A program made the translations under genes and the position numbers. A DNA stretch of 64,000 bases, from the IMG/VR virus record IMGVR_UViG_3300027816_000056; one strand, given 5' to 3'. This DNA comes from a virus. Shown here in pieces: positions 1 through 9,473 of this stretch (position 1 is its first letter; each line of letters starts with the position of its first letter). Under the pieces are notes generated by a model, which saw only the letters and a list, made by a program, of their open reading frames with translations, ran no database searches and was not told where the DNA came from.

Positions 1-329
1 GTTGATATATTCAAGTTGTTAATTACGTTTTGAAATAAAGACTCAAGCAATTGCAATCGTTCCTGCAATTTAATTAATTCAGAACGCCTTACAATTGGAG
101 TTAAATCCATTTCCGACATATTAGCAAAATAATCATCTAAAAATGATATAGGATACAATTGCACTTGAGTATATTCCGGTTTCTGAGCTTCTTTCGGTAA
201 CATTCTCCATTTAATCTCAACGCCTCGTTTAATAGCTTCTGCTGTTACTTCTCGACCAATATTGGTACCTCCAGATCCTTTACCTAAATATTCAAAAAGC
301 GATAGATATGTCTCATTATTATTCTTCAT
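1..329 (-). CDS. Hypothetical protein, runs off the window edge (MKNNNETYLSLFEYLGKGSGG...QLYPISFLDDYF...)
   Basis: Hand translation: ATG at 329 overlaps the queD 3' end; frame stays open to position 1. Not in the ORF track. Confidence 0.7.
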   Translation of the reverse strand, partial: MKNNNETYLSLFEYLGKGSGGTNIGREVTAEAIKRGVEIKWRMLPKEAQKPEYTQVQLYPISFLDDYFANMSEMDLTPIVRRSELIKLQERLQLLESLFQNVINNLNIS

Positions 330-795
330 ATATACTTGAATTATTATCGTTTTCAAAACATTCTACTTTGATACATCGACATCTGCCAGCATCTGTATTT
401 GCTAAAACTTCATTGAATTTATCATATACTAGTTTAGCACACGATTCAGCACCCATCTTTTCTAGAAAATGTACTTTTGCTAATCCAGATACTTGAAGCA
501 TTTCAAACATATCTCTATAAGGATCATCTGCTTGAATAAGTGTAGTATGATCCCACATATGATCCATCCAATCTTTAAGACCATTGCCTTTTGGTGGTGT
601 CTTGAAACCTCCATAATCAACAATCCAATTCATATCATCAAGTTGATTCTCAATATCTGGTTCGTTAGATGCAAACCATACTTTAAATTTAAGTGCATAT
701 CCATGTAGCAGTTGACAATGAGAATGTTGAGCTTTCCATTGACGTATTGCTACTGAATAGTTTTCAAATAGTTTTGTTGAAATGTAACGTGCCAT
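319..795 (-). CDS. queD: 6-carboxy-5,6,7,8-tetrahydropterin synthase (QueD/PTPS family)
   Basis: HSHCQLLHGY Zn/catalytic motif, WIVDYG, WDHT, GAE, VECFE; adjacent to folE. Confidence 0.9.
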   Translation of the reverse strand: MARYISTKLFENYSVAIRQWKAQHSHCQLLHGYALKFKVWFASNEPDIENQLDDMNWIVDYGGFKTPPKGNGLKDWMDHMWDHTTLIQADDPYRDMFEMLQVSGLAKVHFLEKMGAESCAKLVYDKFNEVLANTDAGRCRCIKVECFENDNNSSIYEE

Positions 796-1496
796 TAATT
801 ATAACCTTTTACAAATTGATAAAATTCTGATCTTGCATTACCATCTTCTAAGAATGCTCCGGATAGCTTTGCTGTCTTCATTGAAGCTCCGCCATGCTTA
901 ACACCTCTGCATTGCACACAATTATGCGTTGCTTCAATCATGATTGCAACACCTTTATTGTTTTCAATTAATTCATCTATTGCGTGATGTATTGCTACTG
1001 TCAATTGTTCTTGAATTGCACCTCGTCTGCCAAAGTGTTCTACTACACGATTCAATTTACTCAAACCAATAACATTGCTATTCTCACCTGGAATATATGC
1101 AACATGTACATTACCCATAATTGTCTGATGATGATGACTACACATTGAAGTTAATGGAATACCTCCTTCAAATACAATACCATCATATCCGTCACTAGGA
1201 AATGCTGTAATGTCTGACATTGGATTATATCGGCCGGCCCATAAATCATTTACATATGCCTTTGCTACTCTACGTGGAGTATCAGCTGAATTTGGATCCG
1301 TTTCCCATGTTACTCCTAATGCTGTTAAAAATTGTCCGTAATGATATGCAGCTTTATCAATAATTTCTTGTTTTTCTTCTGCAGTTAGTCTAGCATCAGG
1401 ACCTTCTAATGTTTGCTTAACTGCTAATTGCATAGAAACACCGTTAGCAAAACCAGGATGCACTAACTCTAAATTTGTTCTTTGTTTTGTTGTCAT
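795..1496 (-). CDS. folE: GTP cyclohydrolase I
   Basis: TPRRVAK, SMCSHH, GLSKLNR, IQEQLT, HNCVQCRGV motifs. Confidence 0.97.
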   Translation of the reverse strand: MTTKQRTNLELVHPGFANGVSMQLAVKQTLEGPDARLTAEEKQEIIDKAAYHYGQFLTALGVTWETDPNSADTPRRVAKAYVNDLWAGRYNPMSDITAFPSDGYDGIVFEGGIPLTSMCSHHHQTIMGNVHVAYIPGENSNVIGLSKLNRVVEHFGRRGAIQEQLTVAIHHAIDELIENNKGVAIMIEATHNCVQCRGVKHGGASMKTAKLSGAFLEDGNARSEFYQFVKGYN

Positions 1497-1512
1497 AACT
1501 TAATTCTTAATT

Positions 1513-1543
1513 ATAATATAGAATAATTTATTGGGCTTTCAAA
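1513..1543 (-). promoter_or_regulatory. Putative host-sigma (Bacteroidota-type) promoter for folE-queD
   Basis: TTTG-N19-TATATTAT on the minus strand; same pattern precedes several other genes. Confidence 0.5.
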
Positions 1544-1743
1544 GTTTTTTCGCCTTTTTTATGCGCTGGATCAAAAGGACAGTGTCTACAACCATTGCCA
1601 CAACATGAGCCTCTTCTTTTATGATATGATTCAGTCATTACTCGATATCCATTTTCATAATAAAAGTCTGTAGGAAGGAGCTTGTTTCCAAACTCCCTCA
1701 CATACAGCTGATATATCCAATCATATTGAGTAGGTACCATCAT
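1528..1743 (-). CDS. Small Cys-rich protein (DUF5522-like)
   Basis: YYENGYRVMTESYHKRRGSCCGNGCRHCPF; start overlaps the nrdJ stop (TAATG). Confidence 0.7.
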   Translation of the reverse strand: MMVPTQYDWIYQLYVREFGNKLLPTDFYYENGYRVMTESYHKRRGSCCGNGCRHCPFDPAHKKGEKTLKAQ

Positions 1744-3599
1744 TATTTTATCTCACACGCTCCGCCGGCACAAGCTAATTCACCTGACAGATCTGTATTG
1801 TCATCTAATTCAATTACTTGACTCAAATCAATGTTGTGCAGAGATTTCATCATTGTTTCATATGTTTCTTTGCTGCAATCTTCAAATGGTGCTTGAGTAT
1901 AGGTACCACCGTCATATGGTAATACAGATAAGCCGTTATAATGATCTCTATTGTTCCACATCCATTCTCCTGCCAATTCCCACTCATCTGCTTTAAGTGA
2001 AACTGTTGCAGATACATTGTGAGTATTATTTCCGCTTCTATGACCTGGTTTAACCCATTCTAAGTGCACCTTTTTGATACGATCCAATAATTGAAAAGGT
2101 GATTCCGTTCTCATGATAGCTCCATCTGGCGCCTTTTGCGGAATAGAAATTACTGCAGTATCATGTGGACGAAAATATTCATCTTCAATTAGTTCTGGGT
2201 GATTAATTGCCAAATAAGAATAAATTGCTTCATTTTTTCCAACACGGATTCTACGGATATAATAATCATTGTGCCATGCATGAATACCCGATGAAGTTCC
2301 TAATGCCAATGATGTAGTACCTGCAGGTTTTACTGTGGTTGTACGAGCTGAGCGATTAATTCCGATCAATGCAGCTACTCGTTCATTTTCTTCTTTAACT
2401 GCCTTTGCTGCTGCTTTCATATCATAACCTAATACAACTCCAGAACCAATACCTGTCATTGATACCCCAATAAGAGCATCTTTTTCAGTTGTACGTTTCC
2501 AAATTGGACGAAGGTAATGAAAGTCAGTGTATCCTGCTTGAAGCGTTCCAATAAATGCTGCTGCTTTAACACGTGCTTCTAAATCTTCCTGTGATTCAAT
2601 ATCTGATGCATTTACTTCACACAAGTTACAGAATTGGAATGGACGAAGAGCAATTTCGCAACATGGATTAGTCCCCCAATCTTTATCATTTGTTAAATAA
2701 ATACCTGGTTCGCCTGCTCCTGACAATTCAACTCGTTTCCACAAATCCATAAAGAATTCTTTTGTCAATTTATGACGCATTAATGTTGCTGAATTGTTTG
2801 CACGTCCGCGTTGTGGATTATGTTCCCACCATGCACCAGACTTACATGCAATCATATCCTCATCATCGGCACTGAACAAACTAATAAGAGCTGCTCTGCG
2901 AATGCCACCTGCCAATACTGCATCTGCGATATGACATACCATATCATGCACTTCAATTGCTGATAATTTTTCTCCATCTTCTTTTGCATCTAAAATTCCT
3001 TGTAACTTGATTAAACATTCTTTCAATGGTTGTGGGCCTGGTGCTTTTCCTCCCGAAGTAACTAATCTTGCACCTTTAGCACGAATATCCGAAAAGTCAA
3101 ACGTAAAAGTAGATCCACCCTCAAAATAAGATTTAACTAGTGCCTTTACTGCATCTGCCCATCCTTCAATTGAATCTGCTATAAGATATCTGCGAGTACG
3201 TTTTGGATTTGGTTTGCGAATTTCTGGCAATTTTTCTACATGATGTGTTTGAACGGAATATCCAACACCTGTACCTCCTAGTAGCAAAAACATTGCTTCA
3301 CCAAACGCTCGAAAATCGTCAATTGGCAAATAAGCACAGTTATAAATTCGGTTAGGGGAGATTTCAATTGGTTTTCCGCCAAATTGCAAACTGCGCATTG
3401 AAGGTAATACTTTTTTATCATACACGAATTTGTATGCATCTTTAATTTCCGATTCTAATTTTGGATATTTTTTGATGTGCATATTCATGTTTCTTGTAAC
3501 TAATTCTTCCCATGTTTCTCGACGATTGAGTTCGGGAATGTATTTGGCGTATTTCATATACACCGTAATTTCACTCAAAATTTTGTTTGAAATCTCCAT
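1743..3599 (-). CDS. nrdJ: Class II (adenosylcobalamin-dependent) ribonucleotide reductase
   Basis: RRETW, PSMR, YNC, GTGVG, TNPCCEI, VKPAGTTS, C-terminal CAGGACEI; no small subunit nearby. Confidence 0.92.
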   Translation of the reverse strand: MEISNKILSEITVYMKYAKYIPELNRRETWEELVTRNMNMHIKKYPKLESEIKDAYKFVYDKKVLPSMRSLQFGGKPIEISPNRIYNCAYLPIDDFRAFGEAMFLLLGGTGVGYSVQTHHVEKLPEIRKPNPKRTRRYLIADSIEGWADAVKALVKSYFEGGSTFTFDFSDIRAKGARLVTSGGKAPGPQPLKECLIKLQGILDAKEDGEKLSAIEVHDMVCHIADAVLAGGIRRAALISLFSADDEDMIACKSGAWWEHNPQRGRANNSATLMRHKLTKEFFMDLWKRVELSGAGEPGIYLTNDKDWGTNPCCEIALRPFQFCNLCEVNASDIESQEDLEARVKAAAFIGTLQAGYTDFHYLRPIWKRTTEKDALIGVSMTGIGSGVVLGYDMKAAAKAVKEENERVAALIGINRSARTTTVKPAGTTSLALGTSSGIHAWHNDYYIRRIRVGKNEAIYSYLAINHPELIEDEYFRPHDTAVISIPQKAPDGAIMRTESPFQLLDRIKKVHLEWVKPGHRSGNNTHNVSATVSLKADEWELAGEWMWNNRDHYNGLSVLPYDGGTYTQAPFEDCSKETYETMMKSLHNIDLSQVIELDDNTDLSGELACAGGACEIK

Positions 3600-3644
3600 T
3601 GTTTGTAATCTCCTTGTTAATAAAAATATAAATTGTTTTTAGAT

Positions 3645-3674
3645 AAAAAAAGGTCGGATATTTCTACCCGAACC
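3645..3674 (-). terminator. Hairpin plus U-tract between helicase and nrdJ
   Basis: GGTTCGGGTA-GAAA-TATCCGACC-TTTTTTT. Confidence 0.7.
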
Positions 3675-3682
3675 CAATCTAA

Positions 3683-3692
3683 TATAAATATC
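3683..3692 (-). promoter_or_regulatory. GATATTTATA motif (putative late promoter)
   Basis: Copy of the motif recurring in about 18 gene-upstream positions. Confidence 0.55.
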
Positions 3693-3695
3693 GGT

Positions 3696-5063
3696 TTACC
3701 CTAAAGTTCCACCTAAATCTTTGAACTTTTGTGCTAAATTTTTCTTCATAATGTTTTCACCAGATTTCATTGTTTGAGTAGTTTGTTTACCCTGTGTAGT
3801 CTGCGGTTCAAAGAATTGAAATTGTCCGTTATTGGTATTGATTTTACTTGGTAATGTAATACCATCTGGACCAAAACGATTCTTAATAACGTGACCTCTA
3901 CCGGTACCTGACATTTTATCTTCTACTTTACGGGACAATGACATTAAAAAGTCAGCAACCATCACTTTTCCATATGATGATGCAATCTTATCTGCTTCAA
4001 TAACATCTTCTTCTAAGGCGCTTCTTCCTGCTTGAGACGCAGTCCATACTGGAATATCATATTCCCCTGCCATTCCTCGTAACTCCTCGTAAAGTTCTTC
4101 TAATGCTTCGTGTTTGTCCTTTTTTGCATTGATTTTCAACAAATCACCGTAATCCACAATTACTAATGCAGGTTTATTTCCTAGCATAATTGTTTTTTCT
4201 AAATGAGCTTTAAGTCCCATTACTCCAACCGATTTAGTTGGGAAATACTTTACAATCAAATCTCCTGACAGAGTTTTCATTTTTTCTTCAACGGTATCTT
4301 GATGATGCTTCAATGTCTGTGCATTAATTCCTGTTAATACCGAATCATAGCGTTGTCCTACATAGTTTTCATTGAGCTCCAATGTATAATGTATAACACA
4401 ATGGCCGGCTCTTACTGCATTAGCACCTATATTAATAAGCATCCAAGATTTACCGATACCTGCAGGTGCCATTACTACACCCAATTCGCCTGGCGCTAAT
4501 CCACCATCCATTAAGTCATCAATAACATCCCAACCCGTAGTTATAGTGTGTCGTGATGCTTCTGCATATCGTGCTGATATATTAGATTTATATTCTAACC
4601 CAATATTGGTATCAGCACCAGCTTTCATAGCCGTATCAATTTTGCTTTTTATTTCATCGTAATTACCTCGTTGAAGTAAATTTACCGAATCCATAATAGC
4701 TCGTTTGATTTCTTGATTTTTGCAAAAGTTTAATATTTCATCTTTAACAAATGTCAAATCATCTGACTCCATGTATCGAAATACGTCTTTGAGCTGTTCT
4801 AATATTGCAGCTTTCAAAATAGCTTCTGGGCCAGAATCACTTAATTCTGTTAATTTTACTTTCAATACATCTTTTGTAGGCGGTGCTTTGTATTGTCGAA
4901 AATGTTCTAATACTGTTTCTAACAACCAACAATTGGCATCTGATTCAAAATAGTCAGGCCGGATGATGTCTGCAATTTGTTGTAAAAACATTCTGTCAGT
5001 AAACATAGCGGCAATAACTTTTACTTGAAAGCCCCATCCATATTCACTTAATTTATCTGTCAT
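3696..5063 (-). CDS. Replicative DnaB-like helicase (gp41-like)
   Basis: Walker A APAGIGKS, HYTLE, IVDYGD, WTASQ, KNRFG. Confidence 0.95.
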   Translation of the reverse strand: MTDKLSEYGWGFQVKVIAAMFTDRMFLQQIADIIRPDYFESDANCWLLETVLEHFRQYKAPPTKDVLKVKLTELSDSGPEAILKAAILEQLKDVFRYMESDDLTFVKDEILNFCKNQEIKRAIMDSVNLLQRGNYDEIKSKIDTAMKAGADTNIGLEYKSNISARYAEASRHTITTGWDVIDDLMDGGLAPGELGVVMAPAGIGKSWMLINIGANAVRAGHCVIHYTLELNENYVGQRYDSVLTGINAQTLKHHQDTVEEKMKTLSGDLIVKYFPTKSVGVMGLKAHLEKTIMLGNKPALVIVDYGDLLKINAKKDKHEALEELYEELRGMAGEYDIPVWTASQAGRSALEEDVIEADKIASSYGKVMVADFLMSLSRKVEDKMSGTGRGHVIKNRFGPDGITLPSKINTNNGQFQFFEPQTTQGKQTTQTMKSGENIMKKNLAQKFKDLGGTLG

Positions 5064-5069
5064 GTAACA

Positions 5070-5099
5070 ATAATATTAAAAAGAAATGTTTTATCCAAA
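5070..5099 (-). promoter_or_regulatory. Putative host-sigma promoter for the helicase
   Basis: TTTG-N18-AATATTAT. Confidence 0.4.
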
Positions 5100-6164
5100 T
5101 TATTTTTTATGTGTTTGTTGAGCGAAGGCACTTAAAGATAGCCAAGTATTTGTCAACCAGTCTGGAAGATTCTTCATTGCATTCCACATTTTATCTTCCA
5201 TAAACAAGCGTTGAAATTCTTGTCGATTAAGCATAGGAATAGATTGATTCATAATTCCTCGGATTGTGCTACAATTCTGCGCAGGAATATTCAACAATTT
5301 GATATTCATTAATCGATAATTAGTTTCAACGGTATCGTAGTTATCTAAAACTTTTTGATACATTTTACCTTCCTTAAGAATGCGTTTATCATTGCATTTT
5401 TGTTGCAAATCATCCAAAGTAAATTCCGTAGGATCTGCTAATTCTGGAAATGTCTTTAATATGGTTTTAGGTCCAATACCATCTACCCCGGAAATATTAT
5501 CCGAAGCATCACCAGTAAATGTTCTATAAACTACATAGTTATTGGGATGTACCCCAAACTCTTCTAAAATTGCAGCTTCATCATACATTTTCTTTTTGAT
5601 AGGTGACCAAACTTGCAACTTGTTATCAACCAATTGATAAAAATCTCGATCCGTAGATACTATAGTTATTTTTTTGCTAATGTCTTTATACATTTGTGCA
5701 ATATAAGCAATTGTATCGTCTGCTTCAATTCCATCGATTGCTAAAAAGGTAACTGGTAAATTATCTAGATATGATACCAATCTACTAAATTGCCAGCGCA
5801 TTGCTTCTTGTTCATCTTCAATAGAAGCAAATTGTTGATGATCATGTCTACGCAATCTAGTTTTATTGGCTCGATTTGCTTTGTAATCGCCATGTATTTT
5901 TCTACGACGAGCACTACCACCTCTGCCATCAAACACAATAACGCATCTACTAGGACGAAAATCTCGTACTGCTTTACCAATAGAAAAAAGGAATCCTGTA
6001 ATTCCTCCAATGTGATCTCCATCTTCATTTGTGGACGGAGTTGCTCCAAAAGCTCTGATAAAAGTATTCAATCCGTCAAATACCATGATATGATCATTGA
6101 CATCTGACGGACCGTTTACTTTTTCTTCTTGTAACTTTTTGAATAGCTGTTGATACTTATTCAT
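5100..6164 (-). CDS. 5'-3' exonuclease/flap endonuclease (Pol I N-terminal domain / T4 RNase H-like)
   Basis: FDGLN, VFDG, YKANR, EADDTI, STDRDFYQL, GDASDNISGVDGIGPKT. Confidence 0.95.
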   Translation of the reverse strand: MNKYQQLFKKLQEEKVNGPSDVNDHIMVFDGLNTFIRAFGATPSTNEDGDHIGGITGFLFSIGKAVRDFRPSRCVIVFDGRGGSARRRKIHGDYKANRANKTRLRRHDHQQFASIEDEQEAMRWQFSRLVSYLDNLPVTFLAIDGIEADDTIAYIAQMYKDISKKITIVSTDRDFYQLVDNKLQVWSPIKKKMYDEAAILEEFGVHPNNYVVYRTFTGDASDNISGVDGIGPKTILKTFPELADPTEFTLDDLQQKCNDKRILKEGKMYQKVLDNYDTVETNYRLMNIKLLNIPAQNCSTIRGIMNQSIPMLNRQEFQRLFMEDKMWNAMKNLPDWLTNTWLSLSAFAQQTHKK

Positions 6165-7327
6165 TAGCCTTCTTCATCTATAACTGATTCATCGATTATT
6201 ACATCGTCAATACCCCCATCAATACCTGCTTGATATTTAAAAATGTAAGCATCGCAAATTCTTTGATACAATCGATTTTTTATTTCTAGTTGATTAATTA
6301 TCTTTTCAACAAAAGTCTTTGATTGAAATTTAATTTCGCCAAATGTTTCTCCGGTTTCAATATCAACATCATCCAATGTATAATGTGCTCCAGATTGTTT
6401 AACTAAACTATATTTCTTCATAGTTTCCAACCAACCGCCGTAATTATCAATACCTGAATCATAATAGATATCGTAATTAATTTTGCGATGTGGTGGTCCC
6501 ATACGATTCTTAACAACTTGCACTTCTGTCTTGCTTCCGACTACTTGATCAACGCCATCAATTTTTGCTTTGATCATTCCGGTATTTTTAAGACGCAATC
6601 TAACCGATGCGTGAAATGGAATTGCTTTACCACCCGATGTAGTCCATGCATCTCCAAATGATACACCTAATTTGGTACGAAGCTGATTAGTCATAATCAA
6701 ACAAATTCTCTCACGTGCAATCCAATTGGTTACTTTACGCATTGCTTTGGATAGAATGATTGATTTACTTGTAGCATAACCATCTTTGTCATATTCAGCC
6801 GCCATTTCAATTTTTGTTGATGCACCCATTATTGAATCTACAATGATTGTAACTAAACGATCTTTGTCTGACTTACGTACTTGTTCAACAATTGTTTCAA
6901 TGGTTTCGAATATTTCTTCAACTGTTTCCAATGGAACATAAAGCATTGATTTTAAATCAATTCCAATTGCCGACATAAATTCAGCACTTGATGCCGCTTC
7001 TGTATCAATATAAACTGCTAACCCGCCTTTCTTTTGTGTTTCAGCAGCTACGTGTGATACAAGCAATGATTTTCCGGATGCTTCTAATCCGGTAACTTCA
7101 GTTATCCGACCTACTGGGAATCCTCCGTTCGGTCGGTTTGAAATTGCCAAATCGAGCATATCGCAACCAGATGAAATCCATTCTGATACATTGCTTGGTG
7201 AATCTGCATCGCCTTCTAGAAAGAAAGCTGTTTTAAGAGCTTGTCCTTTAAATTGCTTGTTGATACTTTCTGCTAATGTATTTGCTAACGAATCTTCCAG
7301 TTCTAGTTTGCTTTTACTCTTTGCCAT
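6164..7327 (-). CDS. recA: RecA/UvsX recombinase
   Basis: GRITE, GLEASGKS, YIDTE, IVDS, NQLR, SGGKA, VKNR; SD AAGGAG upstream. Confidence 0.95.
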   Translation of the reverse strand: MAKSKSKLELEDSLANTLAESINKQFKGQALKTAFFLEGDADSPSNVSEWISSGCDMLDLAISNRPNGGFPVGRITEVTGLEASGKSLLVSHVAAETQKKGGLAVYIDTEAASSAEFMSAIGIDLKSMLYVPLETVEEIFETIETIVEQVRKSDKDRLVTIIVDSIMGASTKIEMAAEYDKDGYATSKSIILSKAMRKVTNWIARERICLIMTNQLRTKLGVSFGDAWTTSGGKAIPFHASVRLRLKNTGMIKAKIDGVDQVVGSKTEVQVVKNRMGPPHRKINYDIYYDSGIDNYGGWLETMKKYSLVKQSGAHYTLDDVDIETGETFGEIKFQSKTFVEKIINQLEIKNRLYQRICDAYIFKYQAGIDGGIDDVIIDESVIDEEG

Positions 7328-7337
7328 CTATAACTCC

Positions 7338-8111
7338 TTAATTGAAAAGATCATTGAATGCTGAAGCAACATCGTCAACTTTACCTGCTACTGGCTTTGA
7401 TGCCTTTGCTGGTGCTGGTTCTGCTTTTACTTCTTCTTCATCTGCAGCTACATCAGAATCAGCATTTTCTGGATTCATCCATTCTTGCAATGCATATTCC
7501 AATTCTTCATAAGTTGGCTCAGGAAATAAATCAGTAATTTCTGGTTGATTCATGATTTTTTCAGCAATTGCTTTGTCTTCAGTTGCTGGTTGTGTATTTG
7601 GCTTAACACGAATCGTAGTCTTAGGATATGCTCCTCCTTCTGCGGGAACAAATTCTACATCAATATCACGACCATTCATCAAATCCGTAATATCACCATA
7701 ATCAGGATCAGAAATAATTGAAAGAAGTTCTGTGTAAATTGTTTTTCCAAAACCCCAGAATTTAACTCCTTCTGCTTCTTTACCACGAATAATAACCGGA
7801 ACATAAGTTCTCATTTTAGGTTCGATTTTACGACCCATGATCCATTCATCTTTATCGCCAGTCTTTTTTAGTTTGTCTGAAAACTCTACGATTGGATCAG
7901 CATTTCCAAATGTAATTGGTGACAACATGGATTTTTTACCAATGTCGTAATGAAAATACAATTCTAGAAATGGATTGTCTTTGCGATGTACATACGGTAC
8001 AATGCGGATACGTGTCTTACCTGCTTCAGGTTTCCACAAATTTTGTTTTTTGTCATCAGCTTTGTTCAACTGATTCAGCTTTGCTTTAATAGCATCTAAA
8101 TTTAAAGCCAT
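7338..8111 (-). CDS. Single-stranded DNA-binding protein (gp32-like)
   Basis: LWKP-RIRIVP, FWGFGK, DYGDITD, acidic tail ending FNDLFN; next to recA. Confidence 0.85.
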   Translation of the reverse strand: MALNLDAIKAKLNQLNKADDKKQNLWKPEAGKTRIRIVPYVHRKDNPFLELYFHYDIGKKSMLSPITFGNADPIVEFSDKLKKTGDKDEWIMGRKIEPKMRTYVPVIIRGKEAEGVKFWGFGKTIYTELLSIISDPDYGDITDLMNGRDIDVEFVPAEGGAYPKTTIRVKPNTQPATEDKAIAEKIMNQPEITDLFPEPTYEELEYALQEWMNPENADSDVAADEEEVKAEPAPAKASKPVAGKVDDVASAFNDLFN

Positions 8112-8156
8112 TAGTTAACTCCTTTTAATTGGTTAATAAAATATAAAATATTAATT

Positions 8157-8187
8157 ACAATATAAGTAATTAAATCGTTAAATCAAA
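8157..8187 (-). promoter_or_regulatory. Putative host-sigma promoter for ssb-recA-exo
   Basis: TTTG-N19-TATATTGT. Confidence 0.5.
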
Positions 8188-8206
8188 ATAATTAGTTAAG
8201 TTTTTT

Positions 8207-8707
8207 TTAAAATAAAAAGTCGTATATTGTTTCGACAGTTATACCATATTTCTGTGCAATAGCTTCATCTTGAATGTCTACACTTTTCAAATCACCATCT
8301 TCTTCAAATACAGCTGTAAAATTAATTTTATCCGAGCCGGCTTTCAATTCACAATCAAATTCAATATCTGATACTAAACGAGTTTGATCATATGCTCCGG
8401 TTGGGTCGTTTTGACTTTCAATATCTTGTTTGATATCATCAATGATATCTTGGAATGTATTTTTATCGGCTAATTGAGAACCTTGAAATGTCATGCTAAC
8501 GATACCAGATATATTAGTATCATAATCAGCTCTGTTTATCATGATCTTTAAATTTTTAGGATCTACCATTAAGTTACCAGTACGTGGATCTCGATTAGCT
8601 CCGCTGTCAAATCCTAATTTATTTTCTAGATCACTTAAATCAGCTTCGTTAAGATTCTTAGTTTTGAATCTACGCATATTTTCTGCTAAGATATTTTTTT
8701 TCATCAT
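8207..8707 (-). CDS. Acidic hypothetical protein with LAENMxRFxTKNxNE leader (putative internal head protein)
   Basis: N-terminal leader shared with the neighbouring ORF. Confidence 0.6.
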   Translation of the reverse strand: MMKKNILAENMRRFKTKNLNEADLSDLENKLGFDSGANRDPRTGNLMVDPKNLKIMINRADYDTNISGIVSMTFQGSQLADKNTFQDIIDDIKQDIESQNDPTGAYDQTRLVSDIEFDCELKAGSDKINFTAVFEEDGDLKSVDIQDEAIAQKYGITVETIYDFLF

Positions 8708-8735
8708 AATAGTATTTTTAATTATCTAGCTTGAT

Positions 8736-9056
8736 TCAAGATTCACTGTACAGCGAATCCTGATTAGACATATCTTGTTCAATATGATCAGCAAGTTTTT
8801 GTATGGTTTGTATAATTTGTTTGAATTCTTTTAAATAAAAATTTTTATTGTATTCATCCGTAAAATCATCAATAACATCTGCCGGAGTATTTGGTATACA
8901 AGTTTCTAAAGCATTTAAAATATGATCGTATATTTCAATCTCTTTTTGATTTAATGGACCAGTTGCATTGGCTACATATGTATCAAGCTCATTGATGTTT
9001 TTAGTACCAAATCGATGCATATTTTCAGCTAATAAATCTTTTAATTTTTTCATCAT
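8736..9056 (-). CDS. Hypothetical protein with LAENMxRFxTKNxNE leader (putative internal head protein)
   Basis: Shared leader; AAGGA SD and late motif upstream. Confidence 0.6.
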   Translation of the reverse strand: MMKKLKDLLAENMHRFGTKNINELDTYVANATGPLNQKEIEIYDHILNALETCIPNTPADVIDDFTDEYNKNFYLKEFKQIIQTIQKLADHIEQDMSNQDSLYSES

Positions 9057-9069
9057 GTTCCTTATATAA

Positions 9070-9079
9070 TATAAATATC
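9070..9079 (-). promoter_or_regulatory. GATATTTATA motif overlapping upstream TGA stop
   Basis: TGATATTTATA. Confidence 0.6.
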
Positions 9080-9464
9080 AACTCCAAGTAACTTTCTTAA
9101 AGAACATTAAATTGATAATTCGATATCCAGCATCATCCGTAAGTATGAATGAATTTTGATATCTAGACCAATCCAATTGATATGTTTTATCTAAAACTCC
9201 ATTATTTACTGCACGTATCACTTCATTAAGAGCATTAACTGTATACAATGTATTGGTTTCTTTTTTGCGATGTATACTTATTGTGTTTTGCCCTCTGCGG
9301 CCGGAATCAAATGCATTGTAAGTGCAATATAAATTATCAGTTACGTCGGCATTAGAAAACACAAATATTCGGTGTTCTGGAATTTCGTAATTTGTTTGTA
9401 TGTATTCGGTGATTATATTTAAATCGCCTCGATGTGCAAATGTGCAAAGTAATTGTGTTTTCAA
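9078..9464 (-). CDS. Hypothetical phage protein
   Basis: 128 aa ORF (TTG start) tightly packed in the operon; function not recognised. Confidence 0.7.
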   Translation of the reverse strand: MKTQLLCTFAHRGDLNIITEYIQTNYEIPEHRIFVFSNADVTDNLYCTYNAFDSGRRGQNTISIHRKKETNTLYTVNALNEVIRAVNNGVLDKTYQLDWSRYQNSFILTDDAGYRIINLMFFKKVTWS

Positions 9465-9473
9465 ATCATGTCC

